Part shown: one piece after another, positions 50,186 to 63,475 of the stretch
Numbering within the stretch: position 1 is the first letter of the stretch
Layout: each line of letters begins with the position of its first letter
Assembly: GCF_964194025.1 (NCBI RefSeq)
Contig: NC_134468.1
Coordinates: 24,738,001-24,802,000, forward strand
Reading direction: 5' to 3'
Length of the DNA stretch: 64,000 bases
Source of the DNA: Convolutriloba macropyga
Taxonomy: Eukaryota
The notes under the pieces: generated by a model
What the model was told of the DNA's origin: nothing
Database searches by the model: none
Seen by the model: the letters and a program-made list of their open reading frames with translations, nothing else
Position numbers and translations under genes: made by a program

Positions 50186-53100
50186 AAGTTTAAGTCATGG
50201 CGTTTATTGCTTAAAATGGTTTTTGCTTTCATAAATAGACCACTTGTTTTGACCTTAAAATTCAACATAGGTTTTGCAATTGTTGTTGAATGTCAACTTT
50301 CCCCTCAACATGTAAATTTTCACTGAAATTTTCACCAATGCTAAGCAAAAATTGTTTAAGTGTTCTCAATCAATGCGATGGCACTTTTTTTTGAGCCATT
50401 TCATTGGAGGTTGAACGATTTTATATTTATTTTTTTTTTCGAAATTCACTTTCAAGTTTTTGTCGATAAACATCTCTCATTTGAGCACGTATCTGTGCAG
50501 GGGAGCATTTAACAACCCGCAATTTAATTTGCTGGGCAAACCACAATTTGAACTTATGCTAAATTTGTTCATTTTGTGTCTCCGAGTATAAATTATCAGT
50601 CGGACAGATTGGGGACAAAATTGCTTTGAAGTCTCTTAATTATAGCAGTGTTGTGCATTCAAAATCATTAGTCAAATATTTTATTTTAGCGCTAGAATGA
50701 GTAAAACGAAAACTTTGTCATTTTTGAACACAAACAACATCAGAGCTAGTTTGTTCAGCTAAATGTAGTTTGATCAACTACTCACGCAACAACATTGGAC
50801 TAAAATTGTCGCTTTTGAACATTTTGTGGTCTTTAATTAGGTCTCCTACGTCGAATGATACTTAAAGTCAATTTTTATCACTTTTGATCTAGTCTTCAAA
50901 CTACGTTTTCTTCTGGAGGAGAGCTTTTCATTAACAAATTGCGGTGTTCTTGATTCGCGTAGTTGAACAAAACAATTTTATCATCGTAATTTTTGTGATA
51001 CAAATTAAAAACATTATCCGACAGTAAAAGCGACCACTGATTTTTTGCCATGTAGTCACCAAGTTCATTACAGATACTTTCTAGCAATGTAATAATTAGT
51101 AATTAAAAACTAAATTTAAAATTTAAAAAAACACGTAGTTAATCAAATATTTATTAGAATAAAACTTGTAAGAGAAATTGTTTATTATTTCATAATTCAA
51201 TTTGGATGGAGGATATTACCAAGAAAGGAATATTGGATACATATCAGGTACGAAAAACTTACTTTTATTGCATTTTCCAAAATTAATTGTGCCGAAAAAC
51301 ATTTTATACATCTGAAACACGTTTGTTTGCCCTCCGTAGGTTGTTCTGCTTCAGAATTTATAACAAAGCCTATAATTAAATAAGATAGTTTTTTCTAACA
51401 TTTCATTTCACGATACAATTCTTTAATGAACAAACAGATTAAAAAGTTGATTAAAAAATTAAGCAATTGATACGAGAAACTTTGATTTTTGATGTGTTTA
51501 TTCTGAAACTACATTATTTCTGCTACTGATATTATGTAAGCATAGATTGTTTGTTGCACGATGACAAATAAAACGTATGACGCGGACTTTTTTCAAGAAA
51601 AACATCCAAATTGACGCAAACTTACAAGTTAAATCGCAATCAAAACGAAGAGATATCAAAAAATTAGACAAGCCATGATTTTTTAGCACGAAAAAATACG
51701 AAAACAGACAAATAAATGCTGCAATCACGAAAACAGCAATAAGAATGTACAACAGGGGTAAGGGGGTAACAGCGTAGCAGTTGTTTTAAACAAAAAATGG
51801 TTTAAAAAAACGGTGAAATATAAAGGCTTCATTGATAGTGACTCAAATGAAAAAAAATGACGGCCAAAAGTTCCATTTAAAAATTGAACATAAAAATAAG
51901 GCCGTTTTGTTTTAAATACTATTAACTTTTAATTTCAATGGAAAGTAATAAAGCCTATAGCACACTTATTTCAACTAATGTAAATTTAAAGTCTAATTTT
52001 GGGCTCATTATCCTCTTAATTATATCATCTATTTCATAATTGAAAGGCAAGCTCATAATTCATACGGAGAACCCAATTATCTACTAATTTTTTATAGAAC
52101 GCTGGAAAGGATAAAAGCTGATCTGTCTGAAAATTTTGTTAAAATTTTCAAAACACTTCAAAAATATGATAAAAAGACAGTTGAACGTTTTCTACTCATT
52201 CCCTTAATCATGTGAGCGGAACAAACTTTTTATTTTGGCATTTCTAACAAATTTGTTGGGCAAAAATGTCGTGTTCTTAGAAATTACGTTTTTGCATGAA
52301 CTTATCGCTTTTGTTTTGTTTTATATAAATGAACACAAGATAATGAAAAGAGACCTTTTTCCCAGCACAGATTGAAGCCTCAGCCAATCAATATGCCTTG
52401 TAGAAAAAACTGAATCAAACAAATTTAAAACTTTAAGTAATCAAATTTACGTTACCACTGATTGCAGCAAAACTGACATTGCTGCGATTAAAATTAGAGG
52501 GCAATAGTTCAATAAAAATCGACAAGAGATGAATTGCCGGAAACAAAACTAACGGTTGATGGACTAAAGGGTGAAACAACAAAAACAGCTGATGTGACAT
52601 ATAAAAAAATTTTCTTTTACAAAAAAACACCTAATTCATCCGTATTTTGCAACAAAAAAGGCGAAAAAGACCTTTTTCCAATTAAAAATAGGGCGGCCAT
52701 CATTACCAATTTGAACAAATCCAAATACCAATGACGAAAAAACTATTTTAAACAACAAGAGTTTATTCGATGACTACGGTACGGGCAAAGGCTTTAATTA
52801 TTTAAGTCAGAATCATATCATCAACAAACTTCAACTTATACAGCTCAAAAGTTTCTGAAGAAACGCTTTTTGTAGCAGTAGTTCTTGATAAAAACAAGGA
52901 TGATCAAGAACATAGATAATAAAGTCTTTCTGATAATATTTAGGTATATTTTTTTAATCAAACTGCTCCTTATCAAAAATAGGCATATTTGAAATGATCT
53001 CAACAATACCAAACAATGAAATCATATAAATTCTTTTACATAAAAAATTAAAACCCATTTTAGATATAAAACTCATTTCAAACAAAACTTTGTACTATTT

Positions 53101-55771
53101 GATTATTTACAAAATTATTTTGGACATTATTCACATTTGCTGCTCATTATAGTAACAAAAGACAAAAAAAAGTGTCGTTTAATTGGCGCTCTCACTAAAT
53201 TATCAGTTCGTGACATTGAATCAATTGCAAGGATAATAAATATAAAGAAAGTCGTTAATTGATTTTTGGTGTAGCCAAAAATTTTTTGATGCAGCACTGG
53301 CCGTTAAAAATTAAAATTAAATTTTGATTTACTTCTGAAAAAATAAAGCTTTCGATGTTTCGGTTTATAAACCTATAAACAAACGTTTTGAAATAAATTG
53401 TAAACCATATCGATATCACAAATGTGAAAAAGTAAAAGAGGAAACATTCTGTTCACTAGATTTCGAACTCCTAGTTGGGTCATCAAATTTTTTTGGTCGC
53501 TTTTGCAGTTTTTTGAGAACTATTATTTGCCTGTTCAAAAAAGAAAATTTTTTGACGAAAAAGGTGCCTAAAAATGAGAGTCACTTTTGCTGAGTTCTCA
53601 ACTTAAGTTCTCAGCCTAAAATTGAGTTAAATGAGTGAAATTTTGCATTTAATTTTATATCAAAAGATTGTCATTAATATAGCATTAATTAGAAGGTGAC
53701 AACTCTGTTGTATGCAAATAATGGATTCGTTTTGACGTATCCCAATTATAACTATAAGCCTACCGTAAAAAGCCGCAAACTTTTTGTTGGGAGTATCCGC
53801 AACCTTAGTTCTAATCGACTACTTTGCACCGGATACTTTGCATCATTAATTATCTCATTATTTTAGTTCAGAAATGACGTTTTTTTTTGAAAAGTAAAGT
53901 TTTGTTAACACCTTTCAACAATCTATTCTGAACCAATATTAGAAAAAATTTCCAGAGAACAATAAAAAATGCAAAAAGACGGATTGATTAGGAGTTTTTC
54001 CGTTTTCGAAAGAATGCCTTATTTTCGGCATTTGACTTTCAGATAAAAAATACGAATATAACGCACGTGATGAACCCATAAAACGAAAACTGTTCAAAAT
54101 TGTTGACAAGAACCGTATATGTACATAGTGAACGTCATGACAGTCAAGATTTTGCTTTTCCTGATTGATTTATAATATAGCAGAGTCATATTTTGTGAGT
54201 TAATGAAAATGTAGGATGAGTTCAGTTTTCTAAAATTTTGCTTTATTTAATTTTGATAGACTTATCTGCATTAATTTTTGAGTGCTGCGATTTCTGTGAG
54301 CTATTGTTAGTTTGAGATTTTGAAGAAAAATCGTTTTTTTTGTTGGAATTTTTTAGCTGACAAAAATTTCCCATCTCTGTGACAATTTATTATTTTCACT
54401 TTGGCTATTAAGATTTTTGTCTCTCTGTAGACCAAATGGGCGTGTTTTCATCAGAAACTTTGTTAATTTTGTCCCTAGAAATTTGATTGTCTATCCAAAC
54501 ATTTTCTTTTTTTCTAAATTTTGTTTTTTTTTGTTTTTTTTTGGTAAGAACTGCTTCAATAGGTTTATTCTGATTGCTACAAATGTCACCAAATACGTTG
54601 AATAATTTGCAATAAACTTTTTTGCTTCATATATTTTCCTCACTCCCTGGTTGCGCCGAAATAATAATGGTTTTTATCATTTCAATAAGTTTATATAATA
54701 AAAATGTGTCAATTTTACTAAAACTGTATCCGAAAATGTATTTCGATTTGAAGAAATTAATTAGCACAAATCCAGGCGATTTTGAAGCAATTTTGATAAT
54801 ATATATTTTTAATTAAAGTTCAGGCAACTTGGATAAAATTATTTGGGAAATTTTTGGCTCACTAAGTTTTTTTCAATGAAATCTTTGTCAAATTTGAGCC
54901 ATATTTTTAATAGATCGGCCAGAACTGACTAAAAAAGACTTTAGCTGTTAGTGCTACACAACTACGCTATGTTATCTGAACAACCATAACAGAAAGTCGA
55001 AAATTATTACTATTAAAAAAACTGAAATCGGTCGAGTAGTTCAAACTCACAGTGTTATAAATCTAAATAACTTGAAAATATTTTTCCATCCTACCTGGAG
55101 TATTCAGAGGCTCATACCTTGGGAGTCGAGTTTGTCTCAAATGCTTCAACAGGAAACTAGTCGGTTAGTTTTTCCACAAAGCGAAATTAAAACTTTAGCA
55201 TCATAAGTAGTTTGAGAAAAGTCGTTTATCAGGTCATAGAAAGAGAAGAGAGATGTTAAATTTGTATGCTTATATTATAACAGAGGATGCTTTGTTATCA
55301 CACAGAAACTTTTCAACTAAAGCTTTACTTTTATAACCTCACCAATTTAAAAAATAAGCAAAGTTGATTAAAAAATTCTGTAAATCGGTGCTTCAATAAA
55401 AACGCCAATTAACGAACAATTAACAACGCCTGTTTTCCAATTTTGTAACATTTTCTTAGCTCAAAGTACAATATTCTTGTATTAGACGTAATTACAAGAG
55501 TCAAAACTTCTCCGTTAAAATCTGAAGAGCACTCTTAAATCAAAATGTCACTGTTTTTCATTTTTGTGTTGCTAGTTATTTGGCTGATTCTTCTCGAAGT
55601 AGGAAGTGATTAAAAAACACATTATGGCAGGTTTTTATTAGCAAAATTGGGCTCTTCGTGTTATGCTATTTATGGTAATAGAAACTTGAAGATGAGCTCA
55701 TCACAGTGAACATTAGAATTTTATAGTTCAAATTGTTTTTTATTTCCCTAGAGGTTTATTTCCGCGGGATT

Positions 55772-58438
55772 TTATTGTTCCGACCCCTCTTGAGGGGGAA
55801 GGAACTATATACTCAAACGTTTTTTTTTTGTTCAGTCAATTTTGGCCGATCGATATATTCATCGTGGAGAGTTGAGACTGGAATTATTAGAAAGCTTGTC
55901 CAGCCTAGAATATGGAATTAAGTTTTTTTTTAATTTTCGTTTTTTACAAGGAGTTATCGAGGTTTAAATTTTGAGAAAATAGTGTGAATTCCGGCGAGAT
56001 TTTATTCACTTTTTCCGGAATTTTTGAATGAAACTTCGCCAATTTTGCTAAAATTTGTTAATTTTTTTTGAAAGTGTTGTTCATTTTTATCTGTAAAAAC
56101 AAAAAAAATCAAAAGAATACTGTAGGCTATTTTTGTTATTTTGTCAAAAATTCTGGCTAAATATTTCAAAATTAGGACTTTTTCTTCAAAAGCAGCACGA
56201 AATAAGTTTCTTTAGTCCATTTTGATTAAATTTACAGGAAGTACAGACCCAAACACGACTAACACAATATTTGTAGACTCAAAAGGAGGCTTTTTTACAA
56301 CAAATTCCGTTGAGAGTGCTCTATAACTCTGTAATTAAAATTTCGCCGTTTTTTGCTAAATTTATTCGTTGATTATCAAAAACGCAGCACCTATTTTTGA
56401 TTTTTTAACTAAGAAAAAATCAATATCTATAATATTAGAATATTTAAGTGTTCTTAAAGAACAAACAGCATTAGCAGGGTTAGTTTTGGATCAATCTTGG
56501 AATGGTATAATCCACAAATAATTCGGATTGTAAACAGTCGGTCTGTTTTATAAAGAAAAATTGATCTCTTCTACAATAATTAAATAACAAAAAATTTCAA
56601 AAAGCTCAATAATGATAGTTCCAATTGGGTTCCTAATTAGTTCCACATTATTGTATCTAGATGATTACTGGAAAGCTTATGGTCGTTTTGACTTTTAAAA
56701 GTATTTGATTTTCAAATAAATAATGACTTATTGAACTTTTGCCTCTATTTTTCTCTTTCTTGGCCATTTTGTAGCTTATTGTCCGCATGGAAAGAATGCT
56801 TCTTCTTTCTATTGAATCAAATTCAATCTTTATTGCGGTTTTACGCCTTAAGTTATGGCTACTGACTTTGATACAACTAGATTTCGAATTTTCTTAATTC
56901 TTAGGTATTTGCCCATTTTTCACGTTTTCTAGTTTTGTAACATTATCAAGTTATTGATATTTCATATATCACACCATTGGCTTTGAAAATAAGACACAAT
57001 TGATCTTATTAAAATGCTTGAAGATATAGATTATGATTTTAACGGCTTCGACACTACTTTCTCGAAGAATTTAATTGATTTCTTTAAATTGTCTTTAACT
57101 GCCGTTTTTACTTTCTCTTTTTAATTTCGCCTGAAATTTTACTTTACAATGACCCGGTTTCTTTGCCTTTTCATGGGGGAATTGATGAGACGATATTTTG
57201 ATTTTAGTAGAAAGCTGATAGCTTCCATGACTCTGAAAACAATTGTTTTCCAAATTAAAAAAAAACACTTTTTAACTTCTCAATTTTGTTCCTTTTTTTT
57301 GTCTGGTTGTTATCTAGTCTCGTTAATTACAGGCCAATTACGACATTATTGTTGTCAAAGAAAGGTTTCAAAAGGGGATTAGTGTCACACAATCTAATGT
57401 TTTTGAAGAATTCATTTACTTTACTGGCTTCGACACGAAAAAAAATGTAAATTAATTTTTGATTTTTGTCATGTTTGACGTTCTTTTGTAGACATAAGAC
57501 ATATTCTGGATAATTGCAATTCTCATGGGCTTCCTTTGGAAAAATATACGAACCTAATTAATTTTTTTATTCATTAATTAATGGCGTTCATGTCTTTGGA
57601 AATCTTTTTTTTCGAAAAAAATTTAAAGTGTGACATAATTTTGCATTTTGTTTTCCATTTTTGTCTACTTGTTACCTTGCTTCATTAATGAGAGGTCACA
57701 TAATACATTGTCGGTGGTTGCAGAAAGTGCAATTGAACATATTTTGTGGGCCATAGTATGGCTTTACGGTTTCGAAAGCGTTTTCTGCCAAGTTTTATTT
57801 GATTTTTTGTTTGTTGTCTATATGTTCTTTTTGTAACCGCGTAAAAAATTGAATACCGGCAGCTCTTAATTCCTTCTATGGAAGCATTGGTAATCCTACA
57901 CCTATGGGATATTTTATTTGATTTCTAATGGTTTTCATTTTTTCAAAATTAATTGTTTTATAAAAATTAAGCGAATTTTTCAACTTTACTGTTTTTGTTC
58001 TTTTTTGTCTAATTGTTAATAAGCCTTTTTATTGACTACTCCCTTATCTTTTCTGTTGAATTACAAGTTATTTTGTTTAATATCAGTTTTATCTGACGGT
58101 ATTTTGACTTTGTTATTAAGTTTTCTTTTTTAAAACGGACATGAAGTTTTTGATGTAATTAATTTTTGTTGTTGCTGTTGTTTGATTTTGCTGTTCGTCT
58201 TGACTTGCTTTCTTAATATTTGCACATCTCATCAATCTAATGCGCCATTTTTACTCAACCACAGTTATTTGCTTTGGAGACTTTCTTTTCGTTCATGCAC
58301 CCGTTTTTTTTTAAATACTTGAGTTTTTGGGTTTTTCTATTTTTCTATGTTCCTCATTTGGTAGACAATCATACCAAAATTGTGGATGAGCGGGGTCGGA
58401 ACCTTATGTGCGAACGCACATTACCGAGTCGCCTTGTT
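55772..58438 (+). mobile_element. Copy B of the same DINE-1/HINE-like element, inverted relative to copy A, ~2.7 kb
   Basis: 5' end TTGTTCCGACCCCTCTTGAGGGGGAAGGAAC; 55800-55920 matches the reverse complement of 50035-50145. 3' end GGGGTCGGAAC + stem-loop ATGTGC-GAAC-GCACAT + ...CTTGTTT, which is the reverse complement of 47215-47270. Confidence 0.75.
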
Positions 58439-58610
58439 TCCTATCTATAATTAAGTTGGGTTTTTTCCGTGGAGTGTTTTTGTCAGAAACCGGTTCGTTG
58501 AGCACAGAACTGAAGCAAATGTAAGTTTGAGGAAAAGTTGGGATACGTATTTTGAAGTACGTTTTTACCTGAAATTTTTTAAAGTACTTGCATACGGTAC
58601 TGGTACTCAC

Positions 58611-58761
58611 CATGGTTGGTGACACAAGAGTGGCTCTGACAGCCCTCGTGCGCAACTCAAGTCGTCTTGATCCGAGTTGATTTCGGGTTGGATGGTCTGC
58701 TTCCCCCTGTGCCCGATTCAGGCCAGTATGACCAGAGCTGGCTTGGGTTGCGCACTTCAGT
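58611..58761 (-). other. Probable minus-strand exon (5' UTR ending in ATG, or an internal exon) of a gene divergent from or antisense to MORN1
   Basis: GC-rich 151-nt island with a minus-strand acceptor (T8-ACATTCACACCCAG|) and a strong donor (ATG|GTGAGT); one frame is open throughout. Confidence 0.4.
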
Positions 58762-58800
58762 CTGGGTGTGAATGTAAAAAAAATATTTGTGTAGCCAACA

Positions 58801-61800
58801 ATGACATTTGAAATAGTTAAGGGTAGTTAGTTCGATAGATGGAATAAACGTAAATTTTAAGCTGTGATTGCTAAAAATGTGTTCAGGGGGAGAAAAGTGG
58901 AGACTTCAGACACGGGTTGGGCTGCTACTCTTATAAGGGGTCTTTCTACCAGTACTACGGCTCATGGGCAAATGGAAGCAAACACGGGGCAGGAGTGTTC
59001 TCACTGAGAGATGGTACCCAAATACACGGAGAATTCAAGGACGGAGAAATCACCGGTATCACTTTTTTTTGTCTTCATTGTACTAACCCGTGTGAACAAA
59101 CTATAGCGGTTGTTTTTGCTTTTATAATGATCTGAATAGCTTTTTTAAGAGGCGAGAATAGCCATTACAATCAATATATACCATCACAAAGGTAAGGTAT
59201 CATTTATCCAGGGTCATAAACTAATAGCCAAGAGATGTGTAAATAATTGGATAAAAATTTTCTCCACAATGCTGCTAAGTGGAAAAATTAGAATAGTTCG
59301 TTGAGTCCTGATTCCGTGTTGGCGTCCAGTATTTCCCATTATACTGATATTCTTCATTTGTTGGCAGGGGTATTTGCCACTGGATAGAGAATACTTTATG
59401 TATTTTATCCATTTTTCCGTAGTGAGGAGGGGATCTAAATCTTACAACAATGTTGCAAATTTTGTCCAAGAATTTTTCAAGAGGGAATCTTGGTGAGAAA
59501 AAACAGGTCTTCAAATGCTGCAGAAATGTTCTAATACTTAAATTTTGGACCTTTTAGAGCTGATAGGATACGGGTTTCAACACCATTAATATATGCAATT
59601 TTCGAATTTTTGAACAAAATGAGTTTGAGTAGTTCTTTCTTCCATTTGTTCAGTTGGTATTCTGCAGGGAATGGAGTAAAAGTGTGGCCAGATGGGAAGC
59701 AGGTGTACTCTGGCACTTTTCTAAAGGGACACATGCATGGCCATGGGGAGATGACATACTCAGATGGGTCACAGGTCAGTGTTGGTGTTTGTAAGCCCAA
59801 TCTATAAAATACGCAACTTATCATTTTCTCATATTTGATACTACTACAAGATATAAACTACTGAACTAACTGGACATGAATAAGAACAAGTATTCGGTCT
59901 GTTTTTGTTCTTCTGTTTAATGTAATTTACGAATTTTTTTCTTCATCCAATCTGATCCCCTTTAAAAAAATCGTTTCATTAAGCATGTATGGACAAATTA
60001 ATACAAGTTTTTTATTCAAAATTATTTATAGTTATGATTTAACAGATTGTTGGCCTAGAACTATTATAGAGGATTAAAAAGATCAAACCTTCGCCTCCTT
60101 TCTGGAACAAGGTCTTCATTTTTATGCGCCTGTATCAGCTAACTAATACGTGCTCTCTACATAACTACGAATGCAAAAAAGATTTATTTTGATTTTGGCT
60201 GCCAATAACACTGCCCACTACTTTTTCTATCAGGAGAGAGTTTTTTGTTTTGAATGACATGGTTTCCTCCTCAATGAACATGAATTTATAAATAATCTAT
60301 ATGATACTGTATTTCAAAATTAACAAAACTTCAGTACTATTTTACTTCCATCAGTATATTTCTAAAAAAAAGGAAAATAACCAAATTTTACTAAATGTAT
60401 CAATAATCATCATCGGTTAACCAGAAACTCAAGTACACTTATAACTATTCGTCTAAAACTTCTACTATTTTTAGTATGCGGGACAGTTTCTTCACAACAA
60501 ACGACACGGTTACGGTACTCTAACAGATAGTAACGGTGTCTACAACGGACAATTCCTTGACAATAAACGAGGAGGAAAAGGCATGCAAATGTTTGAACAG
60601 AATGAGGCCAGATCGGCTGCCTGTTACACGGGACAGTGGAAGGAAAATTTGTTCCACGGTCGAGGGAAGTTTTCAATCGATAGATACACAATAATAGCCA
60701 ATTTCACCGAGGGAAAACCAGAACAGATCCCCACAAAGTACAAAATTGAGATCAACAATGGCAGTGAATTTAGTGTAGAGCGCGGACAGCCTTTTGATAT
60801 TACGATTAGTTTGGTTGATCAGAACGAGGAAGCAATCCAGGGATTCTCTGGTTTCAAATTTGTCATATCTTGCTGGTATAATATTGAAAAGTAGGTGCAT
60901 TATAAATGACCGTCTATACAGTCTAATCGTTGGTTGATAAGATCTTGTCTGACTATAATGAAGTAAAAAAATCTTAATTTGATTCCACCGTGGTAGCGAT
61001 TAAATTTATATAAAATCTAAACTGTTAATCCTTGATCCGAGGCCCACATTAACCTACTCATTTGATCTCTCCTCTTTTGGAACTTTAACAAAACTCCATT
61101 TTTGATCAACCCCCGTCCCATTGGACGAGACAAAAATTTTTTAGGGGTCACTTCCTCAAATAGGACGGCAAGAGCTCATTGATCGTAACAATCCTTATTT
61201 AACTCCCCACTAATTGGGTCATTCGAGTGATACGGGTTATTTTTTGGATTGCAAACCTTTTAACACAGAAAACATAACCAAATTCTTAAATATTTACGTT
61301 CTCCATTTCATTATCTTCTATCGTTGAGCGAAAAATTAGTTGAGAAGCATACCTCGAAGACTTTAGGTCATATGTTTTTGGAAGGAGTTTTTGTAAAAAT
61401 TATGTTAACAGATGCCCCTCGATTTGGGAGTTTGTAGGTGAGGCATGGTGTAATGCATCTGTGACAAAACTATGTCTCCCTATGAACATAGTTCCGGGTA
61501 ACAGATGTCGCATTAACAAATTCAATCAGAATAACCACAGTCTAGTAGTATCTTTCATATCTTTGCAAAGCGCGTGTTTTTCCCTGGTCTTTCCTAAAAG
61601 GCGTTTAGGAAATCAATTCAAACTTTTGAAAATCTATTTGAATGGGCGTTGAATTGGATATGTCCAGACAGGCCCAGACGGAAAGTGCCTATGTCCAGAC
61701 CGTCCCAGACTCAAAGTGCCTATGTCCAGACCGTCCCAGACGGAAAGTGGATATGTCCAGACTATCGTGCGTTCAAAATTTTTCGTGCGTTCTTCGTGCG

Positions 61801-62420
61801 TTCGAAGACAAATATGTCCAGACCATCCCAGACCGAAACAGTATATGTCCAGACCATCGTGCGCTCCAAATCAAATTCGTGCGTTCAACGCCAAATTTTT
61901 AGTGCGTCCATGTCCAGACCATCGTGCGTTCATGTCCAGACTTTCGTGCGTTCACCAGACCAAAAAAAATTACATCCTGTGGTGCAGAGCTATTCCTTGA
62001 AGATGAAGACAGAGAGAGTTCCAAAATTCCACAAATCCAGATGTTTAAGGTTTATCAAAAAAATTGATTTTAAATCACTTTTTCTATACGATTCAGCAAA
62101 AAACCGACCCCTCCAACCTAGGCTTTGAAATCTTGTGGTAATCTAATTTCAAATTATACTTGCATTTTCCTAGTTTTTTTAAACCTTGTGGTAATATACT
62201 TCAATTATACTAGCATTGTGCATATACTTGCAGTAAGTTTATGCAAAATGCAAATTACACTTGCATTTTGCATATACTTACTTTTTTGTCCTTTCAACAC
62301 TTTCCAGTTTCACTTGCATCCAACTGATTTTTTGAGAAAATGCAAGTTTAGTTTGAACGTAGATTATTTAAACATAGATTTCAGAAACCTAGGTTGGGGT
62401 AGTCCATTTTTTGCTCCATC

Positions 62421-62497
<77 letters not shown>

Positions 62498-63475
62498 TAT
62501 ATAAAATTATTTGATTATAAAATTTTTCGATATTTGCACCTCATTTGTCTCCTTTCAATACTTTTCAGTTTCACTTGCACCTAACTGATTTTTTTGAAAA
62601 ATTGCAAAATCAATTTGAAAGCACAATATAGGAAGAACTCAAAAACCTAGGTTGGGGGGTCGAAAGTTTGCTTCATCATAGAGAAAAAATAATTTGATTA
62701 TAATTTTTCGATATTTGCGCCACATTTGTCTCCTTTCAATACTTTTCAGTTTCACTTGCACATAACTGATTCTTGTGAAAAGTTGCAAGAATGATTTGAA
62801 AATAGACTACAGCTAGAGCTCAAAAACCTAGGTTGGGATGTTCGATTTATCGCTCAGTACTATAGAAAAATTGAATTAAAGATAAAATTTTTTGAACGCA
62901 CGATGGTCTGGACATGAACGCACGAAATTTTTTGGTGCGTTCATGTCCAGACTTTCGTGCGTTCATGTCCAGACCATCGTGCGGTCACCAGACCATCGTG
63001 CGTTCATGTCCAGACCATCGTGCGTTCATGTCCAGACCATCGTGCGTTCATCCGTGTTTCCAGACCGTGTAATTTTGAACGCACGACACCCCCTTCGTGC
63101 GTTCATTTCGGTCTGGACAGATTTGGTTTCGGTCTGGGACCTCATCCTGGGTAAGAATAAACGTTTGGCCCTTTTGAGCTTGCTTCTGAAATTCGAGTTT
63201 AATGTGATAAGCAAACCACTTTCTTCTCCAGAGCAATTCTGGAATCGGAAATTAAATTTATGTTGTCGTTATTTTTTAAGACTAGAGAAGTTCATAGAGC
63301 GAGCGAACAAGACGCAGCAGAACATAACAGACATGGCAGCACAGTTGAGTGCAATGCCATGCAGACACAGTCCTTACCTGAGTGTCGTATATCCCATGGT
63401 GAAGTTTGACAGCCTCGTCCTAAGTGCAGATCTGTCTAAGTGGGACAAGAAACAGATGCCAGAGACAGAGTACAG
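58801..63475 (+). CDS. MORN1: MORN repeat-containing protein 1 orthologue, 5' part. Exons: putative 58801-58815, then 58887-59055, 59668-59774, 60475-60890, 63281-63475; continues beyond the window
   Basis: All exons join through GT-AG introns with consistent phases (0,1,0,2). RHGLGCYSYKGSFYQYYGSWANGSKHGAGVFSLRDGTQIHGEFKDGEITG matches human MORN1 as recalled ([50 protein letters not shown]). The post-repeat GKPEQIPTK...VERGQPFDITISL matches GHPAEQATR...VAQGSPFSVNVQL. The first micro-exon (MTFEI) is tentative. Confidence 0.88.
61656..61979. mobile_element. Intronic MITE-like array of GTCCAGAC / TCGTGCGTTC motifs, ending CATCCTG
   Basis: More than 10 copies of (T)GTCC(C)AGAC interleaved with CGTGCGTTC. 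Confidence 0.65.
62290..62890. repeat. Three tandem ~181-bp units (core AAACCTAGGTTGGG), with a partial inverted copy at ~62060-62135
   Basis: CCTTTCAAYACTT at ~62290, 62550 and 62732; AACCTAGGTTGG at ~62386, 62644 and 62825; inverted CCAACCTAGG at ~62113. Confidence 0.8.
62421..62502. repeat. (TA)n microsatellite, ~40 units, interrupted
   Basis: Direct read of ATATAT... Confidence 0.97.
62893..63149. mobile_element. Second GTCCAGAC/TCGTGCGTTC array with internal inversions, ending GGTCTGGGACCTCATCCTG
   Basis: CATGTCCAGACCATCGTGCGTT repeated at a ~22-bp period, with inverted copies (GAACGCACGA, GGTCTGGAC) at both ends. Confidence 0.65.

Noticed and set aside
50190-51100. Protein-like minus-strand fragments (e.g. 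ORF 50896..51087)
   Set aside because: Broken by many stops, with no recognisable motif or splice structure. It may be a decayed TE gene but cannot be assigned.
58640-58760. SRP RNA or U1 snRNA gene
   Set aside because: No helix-8 CAGG-stem-GNRA-AGCA geometry or Alu domain. The U1-like TACTCACC is simply the complement of a 5' splice site.
61642-62514. ORFs in all three frames over the GTCCAGAC arrays and the (TA)n tract
   Set aside because: Stop-free low-complexity repeats inside a MORN1 intron; not coding.
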